Virus record (IMG/VR): IMGVR_UViG_3300025296_000020
Span: 1 to 50,390 of that record
Length of the DNA stretch: 50,390 nucleotides
Origin: a virus
Lineage: Duplodnaviria > Caudoviricetes
Reading direction: 5' to 3' (one strand)
How positions within the stretch are numbered: the first letter of the stretch is position 1; each line of letters begins with the position of its first letter. Below, in pieces: positions 37,700-47,172 of the stretch. The notes beneath the pieces are model-generated. The model did no database searches. It was not told the origin of the DNA and saw only the letters and a program-made list of their open reading frames with translations. The translations under genes were made by a program, and so were the position numbers.

Positions 37700-39136
37700 T
37701 TATTGCAACCATTCGCGGGTTTGTTCCCCCAAAATCTGATCAGCAATGTTAATCTTGCTACGCAAAGCGCGAACGATTTTTTCGTCTACGGTGGAGGGGG
37801 AGATCAGATCGATGTATGTTACTTTGCTTGTCTGCCCAATCCGGTGGGCGCGGTCTTCCGACTGAAGCCGCAATTCCAAATCATAGCTGTTGGAATAATA
37901 AATGACCGTGTTGGCGGCAGTGAGCGTTAGCCCATAGCCGCCCGTTTTAGGGTGCCCCACAAGGAACCGCAGATCTGATTGCCGATCCTGGAAAGTTTCC
38001 ACGATCTCCTGGCGCTCAGAATCCGGCGTTTCCCCGTGGAGCTTTGCAACCGCCTGTACGCTGTAGCGGTCACGCAAGGCATCAGCAATCGAACGAATGT
38101 CCATGGTCCATGTCGCCCATATGATTGCCTTACCTTGTATCTCTTCGCATAAGTCCAGAAGCATATCTAAACGCTTGGAGGGTAGCTCATGCACGACGCC
38201 TTCGTCATCCGTCAGGTGACCACAGCAAATTTGCTGTAAGCGCATGATCTGGGTGAGAACGTTTTTGGTCGTGGACAACTCCCCACTGTCCAGATGCGCC
38301 AACGCCAAATGCGTCATCTGGTCGTAAGCCTTCTTCTGTTCCTTGGTCAGTTCGATGTCCCGTTTGACATAGACCTTGTCTGGAAGGTCCAGGCAGTCCT
38401 CTTTACGGACACGGAACGAGTGCTGCTCCAATTTAGCAGTGAGTTCGTCCAGCCGTCGAAATCCGACGATGTGGTTGAAAGAATGACTTCCCAGAGTACG
38501 GCGCTGAACAATCGCGTACCGTCCCTGGAATGCGTAGTAAGAGGTGAAGCCTAGAATGTCCGGGTCCAGGAAATTCAGCTGACTGAAAAGATCCAGCGGA
38601 GACTTGGTCACCGGGGACCCCGTCAAGATACGCCTGTACCGCGCACCACGGCCCAAGTCACACAGAGCTTTGGTCCGCTTGGCTTTCCGGTTCTTGATAG
38701 TGGTGCTTTCGTCTACCACCATGAAGACATTGAATTTCTTCACGAAGAGGGAAGCTACCTCCACTCCCTTGCGGGTACTGAACGCCTCGACATTCATCAA
38801 CAGGCATTTCAACCCGTCGCCGTCCTGGAAAAGGGTGTTCAGCGACTTTCGCATGGCCTTGGTCAGGGAGGGCTTCCACAGCAGGATCTTGTTTGGAAAC
38901 CTGTCTGGGAGGTGCTTGTGGATTTCCGGCACCCAGTTGGCAATGACGGTTTTGGGCGCTACAATGAGAACGAAGTCGATTTCTTTTTCCTCATACAAGT
39001 AAGCTGCCGTGTCTAACGCGACCTTTGTCTTACCGGTTCCCATGTCCATCAAGAGTGCATATGTCGAGCATTCGGCGCTCGCGTTGAAAGCATCTTCTTG
39101 GTGTTTATAGGGCTTTGTTAAAAATTTATAATCCAT
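37700..39136 (-). CDS. SNF2-like (SF2) helicase/ATPase
   Basis: Q-motif PYKHQ, DMGTGKT, VVDEST, LTGSP, GGYGLTL, QSEDRAHRIGQ; start placed at ATG 39136. Confidence 0.9.
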   Translation of the reverse strand: MDYKFLTKPYKHQEDAFNASAECSTYALLMDMGTGKTKVALDTAAYLYEEKEIDFVLIVAPKTVIANWVPEIHKHLPDRFPNKILLWKPSLTKAMRKSLNTLFQDGDGLKCLLMNVEAFSTRKGVEVASLFVKKFNVFMVVDESTTIKNRKAKRTKALCDLGRGARYRRILTGSPVTKSPLDLFSQLNFLDPDILGFTSYYAFQGRYAIVQRRTLGSHSFNHIVGFRRLDELTAKLEQHSFRVRKEDCLDLPDKVYVKRDIELTKEQKKAYDQMTHLALAHLDSGELSTTKNVLTQIMRLQQICCGHLTDDEGVVHELPSKRLDMLLDLCEEIQGKAIIWATWTMDIRSIADALRDRYSVQAVAKLHGETPDSERQEIVETFQDRQSDLRFLVGHPKTGGYGLTLTAANTVIYYSNSYDLELRLQSEDRAHRIGQTSKVTYIDLISPSTVDEKIVRALRSKINIADQILGEQTREWLQ

Positions 39137-39146
39137 CAGATTTATC

Positions 39147-39175
39147 TTGCTTTTTCCCAGAAGCTCACATATAAG
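39147..39175 (+). promoter_or_regulatory. Putative sigma70-type promoter for the replication operon, in the divergent intergenic region
   Basis: TTGCTT(39147-52)-17 nt-TATAAG(39170-75); adjacent inverted repeat TTGAC-GGCGTA-GTCAA at 39181-39196. Confidence 0.5.
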
Positions 39176-39223
39176 GGGTTTTGACGGCGTAGTCAACCGC
39201 CAATGAAGGAAAGAGGAAACAAG

Positions 39224-39799
39224 ATGAAAAACAAAGACATTTTAGAAGAGATGGCCGCTGACGCTGATACGGATCAGCTGGACCATCTGAGCGAAGGCAA
39301 GTTAGATGCCGTCGCCAAGCTGGCAAAGGAAGCCAGCAGCCTCGAATCGATTATTTTCGATTTGGAGGCGCAGACAAAAACAGCGAAGGCGGCTCTTTAC
39401 AAAATTACCGATGAGCAGCTTCCCGAAACCCTGGAAGAAATGGGCCTTCGGAAATTCACCTTGATGGATGGCAGCGAAATTGCCGTCAAACCTATTTACT
39501 CAACCTCCATCCCCAAAGACCGTAAAGACGAAGCCTTCGACTGGCTCCGTTCCCACGGCTTTGGTGATCTCGTTAAAAATAACGTTACCGTTACCTTTGG
39601 TCGTGGCGAAGACAAAGCTGCCACAGCTTTTATCGGTCTATGCGGTAGCGAGGGATTCGTTCCCAGCCAAAACGAAAAGGTCGAGTCGATGACCTTGAAG
39701 GCGTGGCTACGGGAACGGGTAGAAGCGGGTGACGCCGTCCCGCTTGATTTATTCGGCGCATACATCTCTCAACGAGCCACGATCAAGAGGAGCAAGTGA
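39224..39799 (+). CDS. Replication-module hypothetical protein
   Basis: LPETLEEMG...EAFDWLRSHGFGDLVKNNVTVTFGRGED...TLKAWLRE; GAGG SD before ATG 39224. Confidence 0.7.
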   Translation: MKNKDILEEMAADADTDQLDHLSEGKLDAVAKLAKEASSLESIIFDLEAQTKTAKAALYKITDEQLPETLEEMGLRKFTLMDGSEIAVKPIYSTSIPKDRKDEAFDWLRSHGFGDLVKNNVTVTFGRGEDKAATAFIGLCGSEGFVPSQNEKVESMTLKAWLRERVEAGDAVPLDLFGAYISQRATIKRSK

Positions 39800-39800
39800 T

Positions 39801-40580
39801 ATGGCAAAAGCAGTAGCGAAAAAAAATAAAACTGAGGTTGGGGAAGTCACGCCTGACCTGTTTGCAGCCGACGCTGGCGAAGGTGTTACCAACCTGGGCA
39901 GCGAAGACCTCGCCATCCCGTTTCTGAAAATCTTGCAGAAGATGTCTCCGGAACTGGATGAATTGGATAATGCCAAGGCCGGTGATATCTACAACACCGT
40001 GACGAAGGAAGTCGTCAAAGGCAAAGACGGCGTCCGGGTCATCAACTGTGCATACACTCTTCAGTACATAGAGTGGGAGCCGCGAGGCACCGGCACAGGC
40101 GCACCGCATCGTATCTATGCTGCGGACGAAGAGATTCCGGCAACGAAGCGTGGCGAAGACAACAAAGACTACGTTGTCGATGGGAGTGGTCGTTATCTTG
40201 AGCGCACCGCCCAACATTACGTTCTTATCATCGATGAGGACGATCTTACCCAACAGGCGCTGCTGCCAATGAAGGCTACGCAGTTCAAGAAGTCGAAGCA
40301 GTGGAACTCCTCCATCAAGTCCAGCAAGATGAAGGACGGAGATGGTAACTTGTTCATCCCTGCTCGTTATTCGCATGTCTGGCATCTGACTTCCGTGGGT
40401 GAAGAAAACAAAAACGGAAGCTGGCACGGATGGTTCATCGACAAGGAAGGACCGATAGAGGATGTGAACTTCTATCGGGAAGCAAAACTCTTCCACGATT
40501 CCATCGCTGCTGGGCAGGTGCAGGTTAAGCATGTCCGGGAAGAGGAAGCACCATCCTCCAACGAAGACACGCCCTTCTAG
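39801..40580 (+). CDS. Putative ssDNA-binding/annealing protein
   Basis: DLAIPFLKILQKMSP, MKATQFKKSKQWN, acidic tail ending EDTPF (SSB-like C-terminus). Confidence 0.65.
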   Translation: MAKAVAKKNKTEVGEVTPDLFAADAGEGVTNLGSEDLAIPFLKILQKMSPELDELDNAKAGDIYNTVTKEVVKGKDGVRVINCAYTLQYIEWEPRGTGTGAPHRIYAADEEIPATKRGEDNKDYVVDGSGRYLERTAQHYVLIIDEDDLTQQALLPMKATQFKKSKQWNSSIKSSKMKDGDGNLFIPARYSHVWHLTSVGEENKNGSWHGWFIDKEGPIEDVNFYREAKLFHDSIAAGQVQVKHVREEEAPSSNEDTPF

Positions 40581-40591
40581 AGTGGGGGGGA

Positions 40592-40623
40592 GGAGGGGCC
40601 GGGAGCCAAGTCCTGGTCCCTCC
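40592..40623 (+). promoter_or_regulatory. 13-bp GC-rich hairpin between the SSB-like and primase genes (attenuator/terminator candidate)
   Basis: GGAGGGGCCGGGA-GCCAAG-TCCTGGTCCCTCC with two G-U pairs, followed by AATTTCTT. Confidence 0.5.
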
Positions 40624-40631
40624 AATTTCTT

Positions 40632-42176
40632 GTGGAAAAGGAACTCACCAAACGATTCAGCCGTCTTTTCCGGGGCTTGAACAGAGCCTACGGCACGTTC
40701 GATATAACGGGTAAGGCAGCTAACGGCAAGCACAAGGGTAAGGCTCGTATCGTTCACGAACCACGGACCTTGAAGACTTTTGACGCCCATTTAAACGGCG
40801 AACAAGGTGTTGGCGTTGTTCCCATCAACGAGAACAACCAATGCTTGTGGGGGGCGATAGACATCGACACCTATCCCCTGGATCACACCAAGCTTATTAA
40901 CCACATCTCCCAATTGAAATTTCCCCTTGTCGTCTGCCGTAGCAAATCCGGAGGGGGACATCTTTATCTATTTCTCAAGGAAGCCGTCGCCGCCGAAAAG
41001 CTGCAAACCAAGCTGAAGGAAGTGACCTCTGAGCTAGGCTATGCATCCAATACGGAAGTATTCCCAAAACAGATCCAGCTGGTTTTGGAGCGGGGCGATA
41101 CCGGCAATTTCTTGAACCTTCCCTATTTCGATCAAGAACGTGGGTTACGATACGCCTTCAACGCTGACGGCAGTGCAGCCACTCTGGAAGAATTTCTCGA
41201 CATGGCGGAAGCGTCTGCCATTACAGAAGAAGAACTGGACAACCTCGCGTCTGAGGAAGCCGTCCAAATCGACAAGCGGCTACCGGACGGACCCCCATGC
41301 CTACAGGCTCTTTTTCGTCAGGGATTCCCGGAAGGCACCCGAAACAATGGCCTCTTTAACGTAGGCGTTTACCTACGCAAGGCGTTCCCCGATGAATGGG
41401 AAACCAAAATTCTTGAACATAATCAATTGATTATGGACCCTCCTCTGGATTTGAACGAAGTCAACATCGTAGCCGACCAATTGAAGAAGAAAGACTACCA
41501 GTATAAATGTACCGACCAGCCCATCTGTAATTTCTGCAACAAGGATTTGTGTCGCAGCCGCAAGCATGGCGTTGGAGGAGGAGCCAACACGCCCACCGTC
41601 GCCAACCTGCGTAAGTATGACAGCGAACCGCCGCTCTGGTTTCTCGACGTAAACGGCTCTCCTGTCGAACTGGATACGGAGGGTTTGCAAAAGCAGCCCC
41701 GGTTTCAAATCCTCTGCATGGAGCAAATTAATTTCATGCCCCGCACCGTGACGCGACAAGCGTGGGAAGCGCAGATGAATACGTTGCTTTCCGCCATGGT
41801 CGATACGGAAGGGGCCGTCATCACAACTTCGGACGATACCAGCATCCGGGGTCAGTTCTACGAGATGCTGGAAGATTTCGCCACGCATATGCAGACAGCC
41901 TTGGACAGAGAAGAGATCCTGCTCCGTCGCCCATGGACCAACGAAAAAGAGGACCGCACCTATTTCCGTCTCAAGGATCTGGAAGCGTTCCTCAAGCGAA
42001 ATAAATTTTTTGAGTACAAATCCAACAAGATTGCCCAGCGCCTACGGGACATGGACGGGAGGGCAGAGCAATTGAAAATCAAAGGCCGTACCGTGCGGTG
42101 TTGGTCCATTCCGGCTTACGATCAAATCGATGAGGAGTTCAATTCCAAGTTCGATGAGGAGGATGTGCCATTCTAA
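40632..42176 (+). CDS. AEP-family primase/primase-polymerase
   Basis: WGAIDID, RSKSGGGHLYL, NFLNLPY; PPCL...EGTRNNGLF and Cys cluster CTDQPICNFCNKDLC. Confidence 0.8.
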   Translation: MEKELTKRFSRLFRGLNRAYGTFDITGKAANGKHKGKARIVHEPRTLKTFDAHLNGEQGVGVVPINENNQCLWGAIDIDTYPLDHTKLINHISQLKFPLVVCRSKSGGGHLYLFLKEAVAAEKLQTKLKEVTSELGYASNTEVFPKQIQLVLERGDTGNFLNLPYFDQERGLRYAFNADGSAATLEEFLDMAEASAITEEELDNLASEEAVQIDKRLPDGPPCLQALFRQGFPEGTRNNGLFNVGVYLRKAFPDEWETKILEHNQLIMDPPLDLNEVNIVADQLKKKDYQYKCTDQPICNFCNKDLCRSRKHGVGGGANTPTVANLRKYDSEPPLWFLDVNGSPVELDTEGLQKQPRFQILCMEQINFMPRTVTRQAWEAQMNTLLSAMVDTEGAVITTSDDTSIRGQFYEMLEDFATHMQTALDREEILLRRPWTNEKEDRTYFRLKDLEAFLKRNKFFEYKSNKIAQRLRDMDGRAEQLKIKGRTVRCWSIPAYDQIDEEFNSKFDEEDVPF

Positions 42177-42193
42177 GAAATCACTGGAGCGTT

Positions 42194-42385
42194 TTGATCC
42201 GGCAAGCGAGAGAGGAATCTGGCCTATCCCAACGTGCGCTGGCTATCAAAGCCAAGATGCCGCAACGCACCGTGGGGGAATACGAAAAGCTGGATGTGCC
42301 ACGCGAGCTTTCCATCTACAAAGTCGAGCGTCTCCTCGACGCCTTGGGATATGACCTCGACGCGATCTGGAGAAAGGACGACTGA
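42194..42385 (+). CDS. XRE-family helix-turn-helix protein
   Basis: IRQAREESGLSQRALA...QRTVGEYE...SIYKVERLLDALG. Confidence 0.75.
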   Translation: MIRQAREESGLSQRALAIKAKMPQRTVGEYEKLDVPRELSIYKVERLLDALGYDLDAIWRKDD

Positions 42386-43902
42386 TGCTGCGCTACTTCG
42401 GTCCCCCCGGTACAGGGAAAACCACCACCCTCCTCAACGAGGTCGAACGCTTGCTTGGTTCCGGCTATAGCCCAAATGACATTGGCTACTTCGCCTTTAC
42501 CCGCAAGGCCAGCCATGAAGCGCGTGACCGCGCCGTTATGCGTTTTAACATGGACCCGGAAAAAGACTTCACCTACTTCCGCACCCTGCACAGCCTTGCG
42601 TTTCAGACGCTGGGCCTGACCGCTGCCGAAGTTCTGAAGGAAACGCACCTCAAAGAGTTTGGACATCTCATGGGTCTGGACCTAACCAGCGGTGTTGAAA
42701 AGGGAGAAGACGATGGCTTTATCCCGTTGCGCTCCAATCACCCCCTGATGCGGTGTATTGATTTGTCACGCAACATGCTCCAAGACCCCGCTCAAACTTA
42801 TAACTCCACCCAACTCAGTTATCCCTTCTACGAGGTGCAACACATCTTCCAGGAGTATGCCAAATTTAAGCAGTCACGCGGGTTAAAGGATTTCACCGAC
42901 ATGCTGGTCGAGCTTGCTGCAAACCCCGCGCACATCCCCACCTTGAAGGTTGTGTTCCTGGACGAAGCCCAGGATCTGACGCCTCTTCAATGGCAAATCG
43001 CGCACCTTCTCAACGATAAATGCGAGCGCATGTTCATTGCCGGGGACGACGACCAAGGGATCTACCGCTGGGCCGGGGCGGATGTAAACCACTTCATCTC
43101 TCTGGAGGGAGGTTCTGAAGTCCTGTCTCAATCGTACCGTGTTCCCAAGGCCGTGTTCCGGCTGGCGGATTCCGTTGCCAATCGAATACGCAACCGGCAA
43201 AAGAAAAAGTGGTTGCCCCGTGATGACGAAGGCACCGTGCAACGCGCCTACGACACCAGAGATATCGAATTCAACAACGCCAACTGGCTGGTACTGGCGC
43301 AAGCCAACTACATGCTCAACGATGTCGCGGCCCATCTCAAAGCGACCGGCGTCTTCTTTGAACGCTTCAACACGCCATCACTAAGCAAGTCGGTGCGCTC
43401 CGCCATCTCCTCCTGGGAATATCTCCACCTTGGCGATAACCGGGAGATTTCTCTGAATGAAGCCGTAAACCTATACGCTCACCTATCGTCTAGGGAAAAT
43501 GCCGTGGCCCGTGGGGCGAAAAAGCTGCTGAAAGCCGCCCATGAAAACGACACGTTCAGCCTGTCCGTTCTCCGTAAACACTACGGCCTGGAGGCTACCG
43601 GACGATGGGAAACGGCGCTCGACAAGATCCGCGACGAAGACAGAGCCTATGCCACGGCCATGATTAATCGCGGCGTCGATCTGAGCAAGAGGCCGTTGAT
43701 CAAGTTGTCCACGATCCACGGCGCTAAAGGCGGCGAAGCCACCAACGTCCTTCTCTACCTCGACCTGTCCGGTAAGGCCGTCGAGGAGATGGGCCGAAAT
43801 CCCGATGACGCGCACCGCGTTCTTTATGTCGGTATCACCCGCACCAAGCAGAACCTCGTTTTGAAAATGCCAGACGATGCACAGAAGGGATGGGCCTTAT
43901 GA
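42385..43902 (+). CDS. SF1 (UvrD/Rep-like) helicase
   Basis: GPPGTGKT, FLDEAQD, AGDDDQGIY, LSQSYR, STIHGAKGGEA, YVGITR. Confidence 0.9.
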   Translation: MLRYFGPPGTGKTTTLLNEVERLLGSGYSPNDIGYFAFTRKASHEARDRAVMRFNMDPEKDFTYFRTLHSLAFQTLGLTAAEVLKETHLKEFGHLMGLDLTSGVEKGEDDGFIPLRSNHPLMRCIDLSRNMLQDPAQTYNSTQLSYPFYEVQHIFQEYAKFKQSRGLKDFTDMLVELAANPAHIPTLKVVFLDEAQDLTPLQWQIAHLLNDKCERMFIAGDDDQGIYRWAGADVNHFISLEGGSEVLSQSYRVPKAVFRLADSVANRIRNRQKKKWLPRDDEGTVQRAYDTRDIEFNNANWLVLAQANYMLNDVAAHLKATGVFFERFNTPSLSKSVRSAISSWEYLHLGDNREISLNEAVNLYAHLSSRENAVARGAKKLLKAAHENDTFSLSVLRKHYGLEATGRWETALDKIRDEDRAYATAMINRGVDLSKRPLIKLSTIHGAKGGEATNVLLYLDLSGKAVEEMGRNPDDAHRVLYVGITRTKQNLVLKMPDDAQKGWAL

Positions 43903-44186
43903 AAGCACATGAAATTTTAGAAAAAGCTGCCAGACTCGTTAAACATGATCGTGCCTACAGCCACGGTTCCATGCTAGAAAATCACCAGAATATCGCCCAA
44001 CTATGGAATGGTTACCTTCATAACATTGACTTTGTTACTCCGGAGGATGTCGCCAACATGATGGAACTCCTCAAGATAGCGAGACGGAAAAGCGGCTTGT
44101 TTAATGTTGACGATTATGTTGACGGCGCAGGGTACGCGGCCATCGCCTACGGTTGCACGGGGGAAGCCAATGAAAACAAATCTTAA
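43899..44186 (+). CDS. DUF6378-like small helical protein
   Basis: DRAYSHG...NHQNIAQLW...DVANMMELLKIAR...DDYVDGAGYAA. Confidence 0.75.
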   Translation: MKAHEILEKAARLVKHDRAYSHGSMLENHQNIAQLWNGYLHNIDFVTPEDVANMMELLKIARRKSGLFNVDDYVDGAGYAAIAYGCTGEANENKS

Positions 44187-46065
44187 AAAGCCCAAGTTTG
44201 GCGTCAAAACGGAATGGGTGCCGGTGACGGAGTTGCCCGTCACGCCGTCCGACATTGAACAAATCGCCATTGACCTGGAAACCAAAGATCCACGGTTAAT
44301 GACCCACGGCCCAGGCTGGCCTACAGCCAACGGGGATGTGGTTGGAATTGCCGTAGCCTACGACGGCTTCAACGCCTACCTGCCGTTTGGGCATGAGGGC
44401 GGCGGCAACCTGGACCGTGGCCGCATCGTCCAGTGGTTCCAGAAAGAAGTTGCCGACTATGAGTGCGAGAAGGTCTTCTTCAACGCCGCCTACGACATTG
44501 GCTGGCTGCGTCACCTGGGCGTCCGTGTACACGGTTCGGTACGGGATGCCATGCTGGCTGCACCGTTGCTGAACGAAAACCGGCGCTCCTACAGCCTGAA
44601 CGCCCTCTCCTACGACTACCTTGGCGAGATGAAATCCGAAGCCGCCCTCCGTGAAGCGGCCACGGAATTCGGCGTCAATCCCAAAGCCGAACTGTATAAG
44701 CTCCCCGCTCCTTTTGTCGGGGAATATGCGGAAGCGGATGCGCGTCTGACCCTGTCTCTCTGGCAACACTTCCAGGCTCTCCTCACCAAGGAAGACCTGT
44801 GGAGCATCTTTGAACTGGAGAGCAGCGTCTTGCCCATCTGCATCGACATGACATGGCGCGGCATCCGCGTCGATTTGGAGGAAGCGGAACGGCTCAAGCA
44901 GTCCCTGATCAAAGACGTTAAAAAGATCCTGTCGGCCATTAAGAAAGAAACTGGTCACGATGTCGAGCTATGGGCGGCGGCGTCCGTCGCCGTCGTCTTC
45001 GACAAGTTGAGCATCCCCTACGCCCGTACTCCCACGGGAATGCCGTCCTTCACCAAAAATTTCCTCTCGACGCATGAGCATCCTATCGCCCAGCAAATCG
45101 CCCGTGCCAGAGAGGTAGACAAAATCGGTAACACCTTCCTCTCCAGCATTTCCCGCTACGCGCACAAAGGCCGCATCCACGGCCACATCAACCAATTGCG
45201 CTCTGAAGGCGGCGGTACGGTGTCGGGGAGAATTTCCATGGCGAACCCCAACCTCCAACAAATCCCGGCCAGGAACAAGGAAATGGCGGAAAAGATACGC
45301 GGCCTGTTCCTCCCGGAAGAAAACGAGCAGTGGGCGTCTCTTGACTTCGATCAGCAAGAGCCACGCATCCTGGTTCACTACGCCAGCATCACGGACCACG
45401 GCCTGACCGGGTCCGGTGCATTCGTCAAAGCCTACCGAAACGAAAGCAAAACCGACTTCCACCAAATGGTCGCGGATATCATCCAGCGCCCACGGACCCA
45501 GGCCAAGATGATCAATCTGGCGCTGATGTACGGCATGGGACAAACCAAAATGGCGGAACAGCTGGACATAACTCCAGCCGAAGCCAAGCAGCTAATCCGA
45601 CAGTACCACCAGGACGTTCCATTCGTGAAGGAGTTGATGGACGCCGTCCAACGCAAGGTATCGCATCGCGATAGAGGGGGGTTCGTCCGGTCTCTGTTGG
45701 GACGCAAATGCCGGTTTGATTTGTGGGAACCCAACCTGTTCGTTTCGTCAAAGGCGCTTCCCAAAGAAGAAGCCTCGCATGAGTACGGAGACAACATACG
45801 TCGCGCATATACCTATAAGGCATTGAACAGGCTCATCCAATCCAGTGCAGCCGACCAAACAAAAGCTGCAATGGTCAATGTTTACAAGGACTTAGATACA
45901 GTACCCCTGGTTCAAATCCACGACGAATTGGCGTTCAGCGTGAGTGATGAGAAGGAAGCCAGGAAGTTGTGCGAGGTCATGGAAAATGCAGTGGAACTAA
46001 GCGTCCCAAGTCCCTGCGACATCTCGCTAGGTGATAGCTGGGGGCAGTTGCAGAAACCGGATTAA
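44170..46065 (+). CDS. polA: Family A DNA polymerase with 3'-5' exonuclease domain
   Basis: Exo I DLET, FNAAYD, YAEAD; TVSGRIS..NPNLQQIP; motif A DFDQQEPR; motif B RTQAKMINLALMYG; motif C QIHDEL. Confidence 0.95.
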   Translation: MKTNLKKPKFGVKTEWVPVTELPVTPSDIEQIAIDLETKDPRLMTHGPGWPTANGDVVGIAVAYDGFNAYLPFGHEGGGNLDRGRIVQWFQKEVADYECEKVFFNAAYDIGWLRHLGVRVHGSVRDAMLAAPLLNENRRSYSLNALSYDYLGEMKSEAALREAATEFGVNPKAELYKLPAPFVGEYAEADARLTLSLWQHFQALLTKEDLWSIFELESSVLPICIDMTWRGIRVDLEEAERLKQSLIKDVKKILSAIKKETGHDVELWAAASVAVVFDKLSIPYARTPTGMPSFTKNFLSTHEHPIAQQIARAREVDKIGNTFLSSISRYAHKGRIHGHINQLRSEGGGTVSGRISMANPNLQQIPARNKEMAEKIRGLFLPEENEQWASLDFDQQEPRILVHYASITDHGLTGSGAFVKAYRNESKTDFHQMVADIIQRPRTQAKMINLALMYGMGQTKMAEQLDITPAEAKQLIRQYHQDVPFVKELMDAVQRKVSHRDRGGFVRSLLGRKCRFDLWEPNLFVSSKALPKEEASHEYGDNIRRAYTYKALNRLIQSSAADQTKAAMVNVYKDLDTVPLVQIHDELAFSVSDEKEARKLCEVMENAVELSVPSPCDISLGDSWGQLQKPD

Positions 46066-46099
46066 TTAGATATTATCCCACAACTATAGGGAGAACTAA

Positions 46100-46492
46100 A
46101 TGACTGACCCGCGCACATTACACCGGCAAGAAGGCCCAATAACCAGTATCGAAGCTGCTTACTCAATTGATGTAACGCGCTTAGAAAATTTGGTCTATAA
46201 AACTATTTTCCGCGCTGGGGACACGGGAATTATCAGCGACCAAGTCCGTGCCCAACATCCAACACTTTGTTATTCCAGCGTCACTGCTCGCTACCGCGCA
46301 CTACTCGACCAAGGCTTTATTTGGGATAGCGGTGATAAAGCGAAAGGGGATAGCGGCAGGAACCAACGGATCATGGTAGCTGCTCACTTTGCGCAGGACT
46401 ACCGCAACAACCGGGAACGTGAAAAAACTGCCGCGTTAAAATCTTCGCAGGGTTATTTGGATCTTCGCAGCCAACGGGCGCATACAGAATGA
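46100..46492 (+). CDS. Hypothetical protein, possible winged HTH
   Basis: TSIEAA...SSVTARYRALLDQGFI...SGRNQRIM; GGGAG SD. Confidence 0.65.
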   Translation: MTDPRTLHRQEGPITSIEAAYSIDVTRLENLVYKTIFRAGDTGIISDQVRAQHPTLCYSSVTARYRALLDQGFIWDSGDKAKGDSGRNQRIMVAAHFAQDYRNNREREKTAALKSSQGYLDLRSQRAHTE

Positions 46493-46653
46493 ACGCCAAA
46501 AAATGGAAATCGGTTGTCGTTTCCATCGACACCTATCGCAAGCTAAAGGCGCTTGCCGTCGCCAACCACAGAACGTTGAGCGGGCAATTCACGCATATCA
46601 TCGAAACCGCCTCTAATGAGAAGCCTGATGAGCGAGTTACCCAACAGACGTGA
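46489..46653 (+). CDS. Ribbon-helix-helix-like small DNA-binding protein, 54 aa
   Basis: ATGA-coupled; KWKSVVVSIDTYRKLKALAVANHRTLSGQFTHII; not in the ORF track. Confidence 0.65.
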   Translation: MNAKKWKSVVVSIDTYRKLKALAVANHRTLSGQFTHIIETASNEKPDERVTQQT

Positions 46654-46915
46654 TTCCGTAACGGAGGAAGTTAAAGGTGAGGGCTTCAGTCTGGCCGTGA
46701 CGGTAGGCTTCCACCCTACCTTCGGTCATCCCTGCGAAATCTTCATCACCAAGCGAACCAAGACCGGTACGGCGCTGGAGGAAGTGCTTTACGAAGTGGG
46801 TGTTGCCACGTCAAAAATTATGCAAGAATATGACCGTTCTGCGGATACGATTGTGGCCTTGAAATCGCAAGTCGCCAAGTTGTCCAAGGCGCTGGATTTG
46901 GAGACGACCTTATGA
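46628..46915 (+). CDS. Stand-alone TSCPD-like domain protein (related to class II RNR C-terminal region)
   Basis: LPNRR...AVTVGF...PCEIFI...ATSKIMQ. Confidence 0.6.
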   Translation: MSELPNRRDSVTEEVKGEGFSLAVTVGFHPTFGHPCEIFITKRTKTGTALEEVLYEVGVATSKIMQEYDRSADTIVALKSQVAKLSKALDLETTL

Positions 46916-47048
46916 CCACCGCACTCATTGCATTTGCCGCCTACCAGGGCTTGGTCCTGTTAATTGTGGCGCTTAATTCTTAAATGGCTGCGCCGCTTGC
47001 GTACACCTAAACGTAAGGGCGGAACGCACACGCCCAAGATTTAGTTGT

Positions 47049-47172
47049 CAGGGAGCCTCCTACCGTGCTAAAGAATGAGTCCATTTTACCTCCCTGTGAC
47101 CCGGCTGGTCTCGACTCCTCGTCCGGGTCATCACTCCCGGATGACGCTTCGGCGTCGTCCGGTCTTTTTTTC
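47049..47172 (+). ncRNA. Candidate small RNA: three consecutive hairpins with CCUCC/ACUCC loops
   Basis: CAGGGAG 47049-55/CTCCCTG 47090-96; TGACCCGG 47097-104/CCGGGTCA 47123-30; then a terminator. Confidence 0.4.
47137..47172 (+). terminator. Strong intrinsic terminator
   Basis: CCGGATGACGC-TTCG-GCGTCGTCCGG then TCTTTTTTTT. Confidence 0.85.

Noticed and set aside
39783-40790. 335-aa antisense ORF, and similar antisense ORFs over portal, scaffold and polymerase
   Set aside because: Mirror frames of well-supported + strand genes; no motifs
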